A stretch of 53,635 nt of DNA from Lentisphaerota bacterium. GTDB lineage: Bacteria > Verrucomicrobiota > Kiritimatiellia > UBA8416 > JAQBFJ01. A model generated the notes under the pieces. The model did not search any database. It saw only the letters and a list, made by a program, of their open reading frames with translations, and had not been told where the DNA came from. The stretch lies in the NCBI GenBank assembly GCA_041306605.1, contig JBFZFB010000091.1, forward strand, positions 1 through 53,635, written 5' to 3'. Positions 40,483 to 49,935 of this stretch are shown piece after piece. Position 1 is the first letter of the stretch; every line of letters starts with the position of its first letter. The translations under genes and the position numbers were made by a program.

Positions 40483-41361
40483 ATGGTTTTAAAAGTTAAC
40501 GGAGATATAGTGCCGGATGAGGCGATTGAGTTTGAGTTGGGCCGTCTTATAAAATTTTATTCCCAGCAGATGAATGAGGTGGAATTAAGGAAGCAGATGG
40601 ATCTGCTTCGCAAGCGGGCTAAAGAGCAGGCGATAGGCGCCAAGTTGCTGATAGAGCAGGCATGCAAGCTGGATATCAAGGTTACGGAAGAAGATATCGA
40701 GAACAGGTTGAAAAAACTTATTACGGAAGCCGGCGGCGAAGAGGTGTTTCAAAAGATTTTGCATGATCAGAAAATGACCGCGAAGGCGGTCAAGGAAAAC
40801 ATCAGGCAGGGTCGCAAGGTTGATTTGCTGATAGAAAAAATTACGGAAGGCGTGGATGATCCGACGGAAAGAGAAATAAAGGATCATTTTGAAGCGCATC
40901 GCAGTGAATACATGAAGCCGGAGCGGGTTTCCGCCCAGCATATTTTGATAAAGGCTGTTTCCGGCAGGGAGGAAGACAAGAAGTTGGCCCGGCAGAAGCT
41001 TCTTGAGATCAAACGCCGGATAGATGAGGGGGCTGATTTTTCGGAGGAAGCTGCGGCGCATTCGGATTGTCCCAGCGGCAAGAGGGCGTGTGGCAGTTTG
41101 GGCTGGTTTACATCCGGCATGATGGTTCCTGAATTCGAGAAAGTTGCGTTTGGTATGACAGATGGCGAGGTCAGCGGCATAGTTGAAACGAAGATCGGGT
41201 ATCATATCATCAAAAAAACGGGGCATGAAGACAGCCGTGAGGCCGATTTTGATGAAGTTCGCGAGCAGATACGTTATTTTTTGAGGCATTCGCATCGCGG
41301 AGAGGTGATATCTGCTTATGTCAAGGAACTTAGAAGCAAAGCAGTGATAGAGGAGAAATGA
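40483..41361 (+). CDS. Parvulin-type peptidyl-prolyl isomerase (SurA/PrsA-like)
   Basis: VSAQHILIK, DCPSGKRACGSLGWFTSGMMVPEFEKVAF, GYHIIK. ATG 40483 is preceded by GGGGGA (track TTG 40468). Confidence 0.8.
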   Translation: MVLKVNGDIVPDEAIEFELGRLIKFYSQQMNEVELRKQMDLLRKRAKEQAIGAKLLIEQACKLDIKVTEEDIENRLKKLITEAGGEEVFQKILHDQKMTAKAVKENIRQGRKVDLLIEKITEGVDDPTEREIKDHFEAHRSEYMKPERVSAQHILIKAVSGREEDKKLARQKLLEIKRRIDEGADFSEEAAAHSDCPSGKRACGSLGWFTSGMMVPEFEKVAFGMTDGEVSGIVETKIGYHIIKKTGHEDSREADFDEVREQIRYFLRHSHRGEVISAYVKELRSKAVIEEK

Positions 41362-41422
41362 GGCCGGTGGATGCGGTTTTTTGTTTCATGTGTAAAATTA
41401 CGGTATAAAGGAGCAGTGACTT

Positions 41423-43105
41423 GTGGCGAGAAGAAATGACAGAGTTTCCAAAACGATGCTGATCAAGATATCGCCGGATATGATTGCGGATGATGCCAGC
41501 GGTCTGGTTGGTCAGAAGATAAAGCCCAAGGCGTCTGTTTCATTTGAAGAAGCTGAAGCGCCGCGCACGAGTGTTGCTGAAGTTCCTGTTGTGCATACAG
41601 AAATGCAACAGCTCTTTCAGGGTGTTTATGACGCTGGACTGATTACGGATCTTAGCGGCAAGATTATTGACGCCAATGTGCGTGCCACCCAGTTTCTTGT
41701 GTACAGTGTTGAAGAGTTGAACAGTCTGCAAATTGTGGACATTATTGTCGGCCTTGACAGTTCGACAATAGAGACCATTGTGGCCAATCTTGAGAACGAC
41801 AAATTTACACTGCTTGAGGCCAATTGTGTCCGCAAGGACGGTTATCAATTTCCTGCTGAAATTACTACCAGCAAGATCCGTTCTTCGTCAGAGGGCAATG
41901 ATCAGCTGTGTTTTTTTATTCGTGATATAACCAATAGAAAAAAGGCGGAGGAGGCCTTGCAATGGGCGCACACTCAACTTGAGGCCAGGGTGCATGAATT
42001 GAATGATGCCATCACGAAGCTTCAAGAGCATGACAAGGCCAAGTCGCAGTTTGTTTCCAATGTATCTCATGAATTCAGAACGCCGTTGGCGTCTATCAGC
42101 TACATGACCAACAACATACTGAAAGGCATTTTTGGCGCGATACCTGATGGTGTGAAAACATATATTGAGATGATTCGCGAGGATAGTCAGAGACTTGCCC
42201 GGACGGTTGAAGATATTCTGGATGTCAGCCGCATTGAAGCGGGTGGTCTCGTTCTGAACGGTGGCAAGGTGAACTTCACATGGCTGACGCGGCATACTGT
42301 GGAATCGTTGATGGTACATGCCGAATCCGAGCAGTTGACGTTGGTGTTTGAGTCTAACAACATAAACAGTTTCGTTGATTGTGATCTACGCAGGATGGAA
42401 CGGGCGATCACCAATGTTGTAAAAAACGCCATCAAATTCAATGAGCGGCACGGTAATGTATGTGTCAGCTTGAGGGTGGATGAAGCAGAGCCCGGTTTTA
42501 TTGTTCTCGACGTTGAGGATACAGGTATCGGGATAGAGCCGGAATATTTGCCGCGGGTTACTGAAAGATTTTTCCGGGTGGGCGAGTTTGTGAGTGGAAC
42601 AGGGCTGGGCCTGGCAATATGCAAGGAAATAGTAGAATGTCATGGCGGCACATTGAAGGTGGCAAGCCCTCCGCCGGGCAAGCCGAAAGGGACGCTGGTT
42701 TCCATATACCTGCCGATGAGCGCGCCTGCCAAGGTGGTTGTGTTGTCTGACAACGATGAAAATCGAAATGCCCTTGTAAATGATATGACAAACCACGGTT
42801 TTGAGGTGGTGTATGGTTCTCTTCTGGAAATGGATGTAAATCTTGTACAACAGGCGGCTCCTGATGTAATATGCGTGGATTGGGTTGGGCCGGGAATGGA
42901 GGGAAGTATTGTCCTTGCCGGCATCAAAGGGGATGAAGTTTTGCGAAAGGTGCCGGTTTTTGTTGTGACCGGCGTTCAGGCAGAACCGTTGAAGATGGAG
43001 ATTATTGATGGTCTTGAACTGCCCGTTTTGAACTGCCCGTGGAATGAAAAAGATTTGATGAATTGCATCGAAGATTGTATGTTGCCAGTGCATAAAACAT
43101 CCTGA
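41423..43105 (+). CDS. PAS-domain sensor histidine kinase with C-terminal receiver-like domain
   Basis: PAS (DITNRKKAEEAL boundary), H-box FVSNVSHEFRTPLASI, N/G boxes NAIKFN and DTGIGI, GTGLGLAICKE. Then about 120 aa of receiver-like sequence (VICVDWVGPGMEG). Confidence 0.9.
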   Translation: MARRNDRVSKTMLIKISPDMIADDASGLVGQKIKPKASVSFEEAEAPRTSVAEVPVVHTEMQQLFQGVYDAGLITDLSGKIIDANVRATQFLVYSVEELNSLQIVDIIVGLDSSTIETIVANLENDKFTLLEANCVRKDGYQFPAEITTSKIRSSSEGNDQLCFFIRDITNRKKAEEALQWAHTQLEARVHELNDAITKLQEHDKAKSQFVSNVSHEFRTPLASISYMTNNILKGIFGAIPDGVKTYIEMIREDSQRLARTVEDILDVSRIEAGGLVLNGGKVNFTWLTRHTVESLMVHAESEQLTLVFESNNINSFVDCDLRRMERAITNVVKNAIKFNERHGNVCVSLRVDEAEPGFIVLDVEDTGIGIEPEYLPRVTERFFRVGEFVSGTGLGLAICKEIVECHGGTLKVASPPPGKPKGTLVSIYLPMSAPAKVVVLSDNDENRNALVNDMTNHGFEVVYGSLLEMDVNLVQQAAPDVICVDWVGPGMEGSIVLAGIKGDEVLRKVPVFVVTGVQAEPLKMEIIDGLELPVLNCPWNEKDLMNCIEDCMLPVHKTS

Positions 43106-43133
43106 TGAAGGAAAAGCAGGAAAGAGATGATGT

Positions 43134-43907
43134 ATGAACGCTTCTCAGAAAAACACAATTATGGTGGTGGATGACGAAAAGCATCTTCTGGTGTCCGTCC
43201 GTGATTTCCTTGTGTCGGAAGGTTTTGAAGTTGTTCTGGCGCGGAGCGGGGAGGAGGCGCTGGAAAAACTCGGTGAAGCGTCGCCTGATCTCATACTTCT
43301 CGATATCAGCATGCCGGGAATGGGCGGTGTCGGGTTTCTGAAAAGGATATCTTCTCCTGACGGCAAGACGAGTCATCCGGTTCTTGTTCTTACGGCGCGT
43401 TCGACGATGAAAGAATTTTTCGACACCGTTGCTGTTGAGGGTTTCCTTGGCAAGCCGTGTTCAGAGACGGTATTGATGCGGAAGATACGCGAGATTCTCG
43501 GGCGGACTAAGGTTTTTGAAAGCAGGCAGGAGGCAGGTGCGTCGCGGAAGATACTTCTGGCTGAAAACGATTTTAAGGCGGCAGATGTTATGCGCAAGGC
43601 GATAGAAGCGGCCGGGCATGAGATAGAGATTGTTTCAAGCGGGCCGGAGGTTCTTGAGCGGGCGCCGGTATTCAAGCCGGATGTGATTATCATGAAAGAA
43701 ATTCTTCCGAGACTGAACGGTGGCGCGGTAGCTTCGTTGATACAGGTGATGCCCAGCATAAACTCCATACCTGTTGTTATGTATGATGAAAGCCGCAAAG
43801 ATGATCCGAATCTTCTTGCTCGTTACAGCAGGACAAAATGTGTGAGAAAGGCTCTGGTCAGTTCGGATCCTTATGATTTGCTGAAAGCTATTCAGGGATT
43901 ATCCTGA
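43134..43907 (+). CDS. Response regulator with receiver plus degenerate second receiver, no output domain
   Basis: REC1: VVDDEK, LILLDISMPGMGG, VLVLTAR. The second half has a REC-like fold, but the phospho-acceptor position reads IIMKEILP. Confidence 0.85.
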   Translation: MNASQKNTIMVVDDEKHLLVSVRDFLVSEGFEVVLARSGEEALEKLGEASPDLILLDISMPGMGGVGFLKRISSPDGKTSHPVLVLTARSTMKEFFDTVAVEGFLGKPCSETVLMRKIREILGRTKVFESRQEAGASRKILLAENDFKAADVMRKAIEAAGHEIEIVSSGPEVLERAPVFKPDVIIMKEILPRLNGGAVASLIQVMPSINSIPVVMYDESRKDDPNLLARYSRTKCVRKALVSSDPYDLLKAIQGLS

Positions 43908-43935
43908 TGAGTTGTTGGATTTCTTCTTTTTATTA

Positions 43936-44012
43936 CGGGGCGTAGCGCAGACTGGTAGCGCACTTGAATGGGGTTCAAGGAGTCGTGAGTTCAAATCTCA
44001 CCGCCCCGACCA
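43936..44012 (+). tRNA. tRNA-Pro (anticodon GGG)
   Basis: Folded by hand. Acceptor CGGGGCG/CGCCCCG, D arm GCGC-AGACTGGTA-GCGC, anticodon arm CTTGA-AT GGG GT-TCAAG, T arm GTGAG-TTCAAAT-CTCAC, discriminator A, encoded CCA. 77 nt. Confidence 0.9.
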
Positions 44013-44150
44013 ATTTTTGCTAAAACCACCATGACAGTGATATGATAGCAATATTTCGGTATTTTCAATAGGAGGTGAGGTGCAGAACGCAGTTCACTAC
44101 GAGCGCCGGGGGCAGGCGCGAGAAGCGGCTGACGCATGTCAGCCCCGAAG

Positions 44151-44234
44151 GGCCAGGACATCGGGAGGTGTCCGCAGCAAATCTCACCGCCCCGACCAAT
44201 TTGGTATATTCCGGGCACATCCTTTACATTACAG
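44151..44234. repeat. 84-bp repeat containing a copy of the tRNA-Pro 3' end (att-like), copy 1
   Basis: The first 49 nt are identical to 45324-45372. CAAATCTCACCGCCCCGACCAATTT (44178-44202) equals tRNA positions 43992-44016. Confidence 0.85.
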
Positions 44235-44324
44235 TTTATTCAGGGCAAATGATTACAGCATATTCACATCTTTCACAGTGAAGCGGAGGTCAGGATGGAG
44301 CCTTGGCGCAGGAGGGCTTTACTT

Positions 44325-44654
44325 CTATTTATTCATCTTGGCTGGTTTCCGGCGGGTATGACGCCGGGCGGCAGTTTTTACATCATATCGCGCCTGTGTC
44401 TCCCGCACCGCGGAAGGCAGTTTATTCAGGCGTCGCGCGCCTTTCATAAAGATTCTCTGCATTTCCACTAACCCGCTTGTTGTACGCAGAGGGCCGTTAT
44501 GGGAACTGCTCAACTCGAGAAGCGTATTGACCTCACTGAAACGATAAGGCAACCCCCGCAATTTCTGCCGCCGTATTTCCTCCAATTCAGAACCGGCTTG
44601 CTTCCAAATATCTATGATTCGTTTCATTTTAGTTTTTTCGCGGGAGCGTTTCAT
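44325..44654 (-). CDS. 109-aa basic protein, partner of the nucleotidyltransferase; no recognised domain
   Basis: ATGA start/stop overlap with the upstream NTase gene (44651-44654). Lys/Arg-rich N- and C-termini. No canonical HEPN Rx4-6H motif found by eye. Confidence 0.55.
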   Translation of the reverse strand: MKRSREKTKMKRIIDIWKQAGSELEEIRRQKLRGLPYRFSEVNTLLELSSSHNGPLRTTSGLVEMQRIFMKGARRLNKLPSAVRETQARYDVKTAARRHTRRKPAKMNK

Positions 44655-45211
44655 CTTTGCATTAAAACCTTTTTTGCCTGCTGTACCAATTCAGGGGTTC
44701 CCTTAAATCCACAGAGAGTTTTAAGATGTTTGAGAATGTATTTGGTATTCAGGCGGCCTTCCTGCCGGATGGCTATGCTTTCCGCGTCATGCCAGTCTTT
44801 TTGACGCGCGGCAAACACTTTCATGACAAACAAATCTTCCGCGGTACAAACCGGAAGGCGTAATCCCCTGGCGAATTCATGTTTCACAACCCTGCGCATC
44901 ATGTTTTTTTCGAACGGCAAACAACCCAGTGAGATATCCACGGGTATATTGTTGGAGGCGTAAAGAAGAATAACACGGTTGGTAAGCGCAAAATTTTCAG
45001 CATTCGAAATCCTGGGCTTAAAGGCGCCAAGCAAAGCTTTAACGAAACGTTTTTCATCATTCAGACCGGCAAGTACGGTAATGTCAACATCCAGGGTTCC
45101 GCGTGGTTCTCCCCATCGTTGAACTGCCAATCCGCCGATAATGCAGAAGTTCCATTTTTGTGCCATCATGAAATCACATATTTCTTTGGCGGCGACAAAT
45201 AATGCGTTCAT
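44651..45211 (-). CDS. Minimal nucleotidyltransferase-fold protein (MNT/KNTase-like)
   Basis: IIGGLAVQRWGEPRGTLDVDI fits the hG[GS]-x(9-13)-Dh[DE]h pattern. Downstream acidic PVDISL, and AEDLFVMKVFAARQKDWHD is typical of small NTases. ATG 45211 has AGGAG 9 nt upstream (track start 45301). Confidence 0.7.
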   Translation of the reverse strand: MNALFVAAKEICDFMMAQKWNFCIIGGLAVQRWGEPRGTLDVDITVLAGLNDEKRFVKALLGAFKPRISNAENFALTNRVILLYASNNIPVDISLGCLPFEKNMMRRVVKHEFARGLRLPVCTAEDLFVMKVFAARQKDWHDAESIAIRQEGRLNTKYILKHLKTLCGFKGTPELVQQAKKVLMQR

Positions 45212-45253
45212 TTCTAATACTCCTGTTTGTGGGGACTTTTGCCAGCACAAAAC

Positions 45254-45283
45254 ATCATATTCCGTTTTGCCGTAATACGTCAA
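45254..45283 (-). promoter_or_regulatory. Candidate promoter of the NTase cassette
   Basis: On the minus strand: TTGACG (45283-45278), 18-nt spacer, TATGAT (45259-45254), about 40 nt upstream of ATG 45211. Confidence 0.3.
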
Positions 45284-45323
45284 CGGTTTACCTGGTATCA
45301 TTGCTGATTTTCACGCAATATCC

Positions 45324-45407
45324 GGCCAGGACATCGGGAGGTGTCCGCAGCAAATCTCACCGCCCCGACCAAATGGGTATATTCTGGGCACATGGTTTAC
45401 ACTATGG
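45324..45407. repeat. 84-bp repeat containing a copy of the tRNA-Pro 3' end (att-like), copy 2
   Basis: 49 nt identical to 44151-44199, then 27/35 matches. CAAATCTCACCGCCCCGACCAA (45351-45372) equals the tRNA 3' end. Confidence 0.85.
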
Positions 45408-45500
45408 CAATATGGCCCATCAATTTTTGATTTTTGTTTTCCACCATCCGCCGCCAAGCGCGTGAAATAGGGTTGCAATATTTGCGGTTCTTCTCTTAAT

Positions 45501-45603
45501 CCCATATTTTGCGTTCAAGAAACATTTTGCCCCTGAAAGGTGTTGGAAGAGATGGAATTCAACATCAATGCAGTTGTCTATGGATGTCACTAAAAAGTGA
45601 ATT
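45501..45603. mobile_element. MITE-like element, copy B (left-end fragment, diverged)
   Basis: CCCATATTTTGCGTTCAAGAAACA...TTCAACATCAATGCAGTTGTCTATGGATGTCAC..AAAGTGAAT aligns with copies A and C. No right TIR; similarity stops at the RND gene stop codon. Confidence 0.5.
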
Positions 45604-45608
45604 GCAGA

Positions 45609-48600
45609 CTATTCCAGATCAGTGCGGTGCTTGAAAAAGCGTTCCTGAATTTTTTCCATATATAGATAAATACCCGGCGTGACAAAAAGTGTGATGATCT
45701 GTGCAAAAACCATTCCGCCGACGACAACCAGTCCAAGAGGGATGCGACTTGATGCGTCCATGCCGTAACCCATTGCGATCGGTAGTGTGCCTAATATGGC
45801 GCACAATCCTGTCATCAAAATAGGCCTGAATCGTACAATGCATGCGTCATAAATAGCGTCAAAGCTGTTTTTGCCTTCCCTTTTGCGCTGTTCAGCGAAG
45901 TCAACCATAAGAATGCCGTTTTTGGTAATCAATCCGACGAGAACGAAAACGCCGATATATCCATACAGTGAAAGTTCGCGGCCGAATGCAAGTAGTGTCA
46001 GGAGTCCACCGAACACAGCTACCGGTAATGTTGTCAAGATGGTAAACGGATGTATGTAGCTTTCGTAAAGAATGCCAAGAGCTATATATTTTAGAAATAT
46101 AGCAACAAGTAAAAGTATGCCAAGACTGGTGATGGATTTTTTAAACTCAAGAGCATCGCCGACGAACCTGCCCTGTACGCCGGGCGGCAGGACTTTTGCC
46201 GCAACTTTTTCAATCGCTTTAGTGGCGACACTAAGCGGTACGCCGGGCGGTATGCTGAATGATATTGTGGCCGCCTCGTGCTGTTGAGCACGCTGAACAT
46301 TCTGAGGGCCGGCGCCTTCTGTCCATTTTGTGATTGATTTCAGCGGAACCAGTTTGCCGGTGGCGGGGGAGCGCAGATACAACATGGCGAGGTCTTCTGG
46401 CCGGCATTGCCGGTCTTTGTCGATTTCGGTTATCACCTGATACTGGTCCTGGTCGGTTGTAAACTGGGCGACATATCCTTTGGCAAAGGAAAAGGCGAGT
46501 GCTTGTTCAATAGTGGATGCTGTAATTCCCAGAGCGGAAGCTCTTTCGCGATCGATGGCAACATTCAATTTCGGCATGTTCAGTTTAACGCTGTTTTGGA
46601 TTCCGAATAAAAACGGAATACCGCGCAATTGCTGTTCCAGTTTCTGGGCTGTCTCGTAAACAAGATCGCGATTCAGACCCAAAAGCATGTATGCGTAGTC
46701 ACTGCCTACGGCAGTGGATTCAGCGCCGGAACTGATTTTCATAACCGGCATGGCTCTAAGAAATGTGACGCCATCAGGCAGCATAAACAGTTTGCCCATA
46801 AATTCCTGTGCAATTTGATCTATCGGGGGGCGTTCCTTTGGCGGTTTCAGCCGGATGAAAATAAAACCCATGCTCTGGTCCGCGCCCGGCATCATTCCTG
46901 TTACATTACCGACCTGGCTGACGTAAGGATTTTGCCGGATTATGGCGGAAACTTTCGTCTGGTAATTCCGTATCTGTTCGGTGGAAGAGCCTTGCGGCAT
47001 TAGCATGCCGCCCATTATGAAACTACTGTCTCCGGGTGGCAGGAATGAGCTGGGGAGTATGAAGTAGAAGATTAAAGTCCCAATGATACATGTTATCCAC
47101 ATGACTACAGTTGTCCACTTGTGATGAAGTTGCCACTTAAGCGCTTTTCCGTATGAAGCGATCATTTTGTTGATTGTTGAAGAAATGCGCTTTTGAAGCT
47201 TATTGGGCTCTTTATGGTGTTTTATGATATGAGCGCACATCATCGGCGACAGTGTGAGGCCGAGAAAGGTTGAGACGATGATCGCATAAATTACCGTCAT
47301 GGCAAATTCACTGAGATTACGTCCGACTGCACCGCTCATAAACACAAGAGGCAAAAACACTATAATCAACGCCACGCTTGTTGAAATTAAGGTAAAAGTT
47401 ATTTCTTTCATGCTTAATACTGCCGCCGGAATGGGCTTGAGTCCTTCTTCGAGATGGCGCACGGTATTTTCAAGAACAACAATGGCGTCATCCACAAGGA
47501 ATGTTGCGGCAAGGACAATGCCCATAAGCGACAGGATGTCTATGTTGAACCCGGAAAAGAGCATCAATAATGCTGTACCCAGCAAAGTGACAGGTAGAAC
47601 GATGCTGGGTACAAGAGTTTCACGTACGCGTCCGAGAAAGCCGAAAATCACAAACACTATGAGTATGAGCGCGATAAGAATGGTTATCTGAACATCTTTC
47701 AGGGATTCATGAATTGGCGCCGCACCGTTGAAAAGAGTATCAATATGGATTGAGCTGGGCAGTTCTTTTTTTACCTCTTCGAGCGTTTTGACGATTCTGT
47801 CGGCAACTTCGACTGTGTTAACCCCGCTGATACGGGAGATTGGCATTACAACGCATTTGTCATGTTCCGGTTCGCCGGATTTTCCGTAACGTATGTCCAC
47901 AAGGTCATTCGCGACGCTATCAATACATTTGGCGATGTCTTTCAGTCGCACCGGCGCGTTGTTACGGTAGGCAATTATCAGATCTTCATATTCTGCCGCT
48001 GATCGTAACTGGCCCTGCGGTTCGATCGTGAAAGTGCGTTGCGCTCCGTTTAGACTGCCGCCCGGAATATTTACTGTGCCGGCCTTCAGCGTCATGGCCA
48101 GTTCGTCAACACCAATCTGATAATGAGCAAGTTTTTCGGGGCTGAACTGAATGCGTACGGCGCGCTTTGCCCCATAAACCTGTACCTTCGAAACACCCTC
48201 CAGCATGCTCATTTTTCTGGCAACAATGTGATTCGCGTAATCATAAAGATCACCGTGTGTCAGTGTATCGGAATAAAACATTAGGAAATAAACAGGGTGA
48301 TCCGACGGATTAAATTTCTGGTACATTGGCGGAGCAGGCAGATCTTTAGGAAGGTTGTTCTGTGCCCTTGCTATTGCCGCCTGAACGTCAGGCGCGATAA
48401 TATCCACATTGCGATCCAGGCTGAACGTGAGGTTAATGGTGGTAATGCCCTCCTTGTTGTCGGAGAACATGGATAGCAACCCGTTAATCTGGGTAAATTC
48501 ATTTTCCAGTGGTGTTGCGACAGTACTTGCCATGGTGGCCGGGCTGGCGCCGGGATAAGCTACTGTAACCTGTATAACCGGATAATCCACTGTTGGCAGG

Positions 48601-48707
48601 CTGTTCACCGGCAAGCGGAAATAAGCCCATGCGCCAAACACTGTGATGACAACAGTCAGGAGCGTTGTCATAATCGGACGTCTGATAAAAGTTTCTGAAA
48701 AATGCAC
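45609..48707 (-). CDS. RND-family multidrug efflux transporter, inner-membrane permease (AcrB/MexB-like)
   Basis: 1032 aa, 12-TM architecture with two large periplasmic loops. Opens MHFSETFIRRPIMTTLL; VDDAIVVLEN motif. Confidence 0.95.
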   Translation of the reverse strand: MHFSETFIRRPIMTTLLTVVITVFGAWAYFRLPVNSLPTVDYPVIQVTVAYPGASPATMASTVATPLENEFTQINGLLSMFSDNKEGITTINLTFSLDRNVDIIAPDVQAAIARAQNNLPKDLPAPPMYQKFNPSDHPVYFLMFYSDTLTHGDLYDYANHIVARKMSMLEGVSKVQVYGAKRAVRIQFSPEKLAHYQIGVDELAMTLKAGTVNIPGGSLNGAQRTFTIEPQGQLRSAAEYEDLIIAYRNNAPVRLKDIAKCIDSVANDLVDIRYGKSGEPEHDKCVVMPISRISGVNTVEVADRIVKTLEEVKKELPSSIHIDTLFNGAAPIHESLKDVQITILIALILIVFVIFGFLGRVRETLVPSIVLPVTLLGTALLMLFSGFNIDILSLMGIVLAATFLVDDAIVVLENTVRHLEEGLKPIPAAVLSMKEITFTLISTSVALIIVFLPLVFMSGAVGRNLSEFAMTVIYAIIVSTFLGLTLSPMMCAHIIKHHKEPNKLQKRISSTINKMIASYGKALKWQLHHKWTTVVMWITCIIGTLIFYFILPSSFLPPGDSSFIMGGMLMPQGSSTEQIRNYQTKVSAIIRQNPYVSQVGNVTGMMPGADQSMGFIFIRLKPPKERPPIDQIAQEFMGKLFMLPDGVTFLRAMPVMKISSGAESTAVGSDYAYMLLGLNRDLVYETAQKLEQQLRGIPFLFGIQNSVKLNMPKLNVAIDRERASALGITASTIEQALAFSFAKGYVAQFTTDQDQYQVITEIDKDRQCRPEDLAMLYLRSPATGKLVPLKSITKWTEGAGPQNVQRAQQHEAATISFSIPPGVPLSVATKAIEKVAAKVLPPGVQGRFVGDALEFKKSITSLGILLLVAIFLKYIALGILYESYIHPFTILTTLPVAVFGGLLTLLAFGRELSLYGYIGVFVLVGLITKNGILMVDFAEQRKREGKNSFDAIYDACIVRFRPILMTGLCAILGTLPIAMGYGMDASSRIPLGLVVVGGMVFAQIITLFVTPGIYLYMEKIQERFFKHRTDLE

Positions 48708-48726
48708 GGTTCTTCTCCGTTCTTAT

Positions 48727-49932
48727 CTATTCGTTTTTATTTTCTGGCGTTTGGCTGCTTTCCTTTGGATTTGCAGTTTTGCTGTCAGGCGCGGTTCCGG
48801 CGGGGGCCCCCGGTGCGGCTCCTGCTGGTGGCATTTTTGACAAGTCCATTACTGTCGCGCCGGGGTACAGCATGAATTGACCAAGTGCTACAATTTGTTC
48901 ATCTGCCGATACTCCCTCGATGACCTGCAAAAGGTTGTTATAGCGCACCCCGATTTTTATCTGGCGCAGATCGGCCTTATTTTCCTTTGTGACCGCGAAC
49001 AGATAGGGGCCCAGCTTGCCGAACTGAACCGCGCTTTCAGGAATCATTACGGCATTAGTGATTATGCCGGCAATAATGCGGACATCAACAAACTGGTTTG
49101 CCCATAACTTTAAATCAGGATTGGGAACTTCGCCGCGCAGAAGGATTGTGCCTGTGGCAGGATTGACCGCGTTATCCACAAATTCCAGCGTTCCGGCATA
49201 GCTGTTTGCGGAGCCTCTGGGTGTAACTTCTATTTTGACTTTGCCTTCGGCCATGGATTGACGGATGGCCGGTAAATACTGGTCAGACACTGAAAAAGCG
49301 ACGCGAATCGGGTCGTAACTGCGTATATTGGTCAAGCGGGTCATTCCCGCGGCAACCAGATTGCCTTCATCAACGTATATCTTGGAACAGACGCCGGCAA
49401 CTGTTGAGGTTATTGTGCAGCGCGAAAGGTTGATGTTCGCCTGTTCAAGCAAAGCGCTGTCCATCTGCAATTGTGCTTCTATAGCGCTAGCCTTTGTTTT
49501 TATGGTATCGAAATTTTCCTGTGAAATAAGGTTTTTATCTAACAGCGGCTTATTGCGTTCCATTGTAACGCGCGCGAGCTCAAAATTTGCCTTGTCGGCA
49601 TTAACCATACCCTCTACCTGTTTCACCCGGGCGGCATAATCACATGTGTCTATTATGAACAAAGGCTGTCCGGCAGTCACAGTATCGCCGTCTTTGATCA
49701 GATTTTTAACAAGCATTCCCGACACCTGCGGGACAACATCGACGCTTATTTTGTCCTCCGTATTGCCGAAAGTATTGATGACAATGGGTGTGTCCATTTT
49801 TATGGCAGTTCCGATTGTCACAGACATGGGCGGCATGGCGTGCGGGCCGCCTTTTTTTCCGCACGCGTTTAGTGTCAAAGTCAATCCTACGCATAAAGTT
49901 ATATTGAACACGAATCGCAAGTTTTTATTCAT
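48727..49932 (-). CDS. RND efflux periplasmic adaptor (membrane fusion protein), lipoprotein
   Basis: Lipobox LTLNACG, biotinyl-lipoyl-like GQPLFIID, coiled-coil hairpin region, and a Pro/Ala-rich C-terminus. Confidence 0.9.
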   Translation of the reverse strand: MNKNLRFVFNITLCVGLTLTLNACGKKGGPHAMPPMSVTIGTAIKMDTPIVINTFGNTEDKISVDVVPQVSGMLVKNLIKDGDTVTAGQPLFIIDTCDYAARVKQVEGMVNADKANFELARVTMERNKPLLDKNLISQENFDTIKTKASAIEAQLQMDSALLEQANINLSRCTITSTVAGVCSKIYVDEGNLVAAGMTRLTNIRSYDPIRVAFSVSDQYLPAIRQSMAEGKVKIEVTPRGSANSYAGTLEFVDNAVNPATGTILLRGEVPNPDLKLWANQFVDVRIIAGIITNAVMIPESAVQFGKLGPYLFAVTKENKADLRQIKIGVRYNNLLQVIEGVSADEQIVALGQFMLYPGATVMDLSKMPPAGAAPGAPAGTAPDSKTANPKESSQTPENKNE

Positions 49933-49935
49933 TTT

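Noticed and set aside
40585-41295. 236-aa minus-strand ORF
   Set aside because: Antisense shadow of the parvulin PPIase gene.
42386-43093. 235-aa minus-strand ORF, plus 25366..25896 (176 aa) opposite grpE
   Set aside because: Both are antisense to well-supported genes (histidine kinase and grpE). Neither has a recognisable domain.
44075-44361. ORFs 44075..44281 and 44080..44361 (+), and 45202..45465 (+), spanning the att-like repeats
   Set aside because: Their shared peptide (ARTSGGVRSKSHRPDQ) just reflects the repeated tRNA-derived DNA. Outside the repeat they diverge completely, and they overlap better-supported minus-strand genes.
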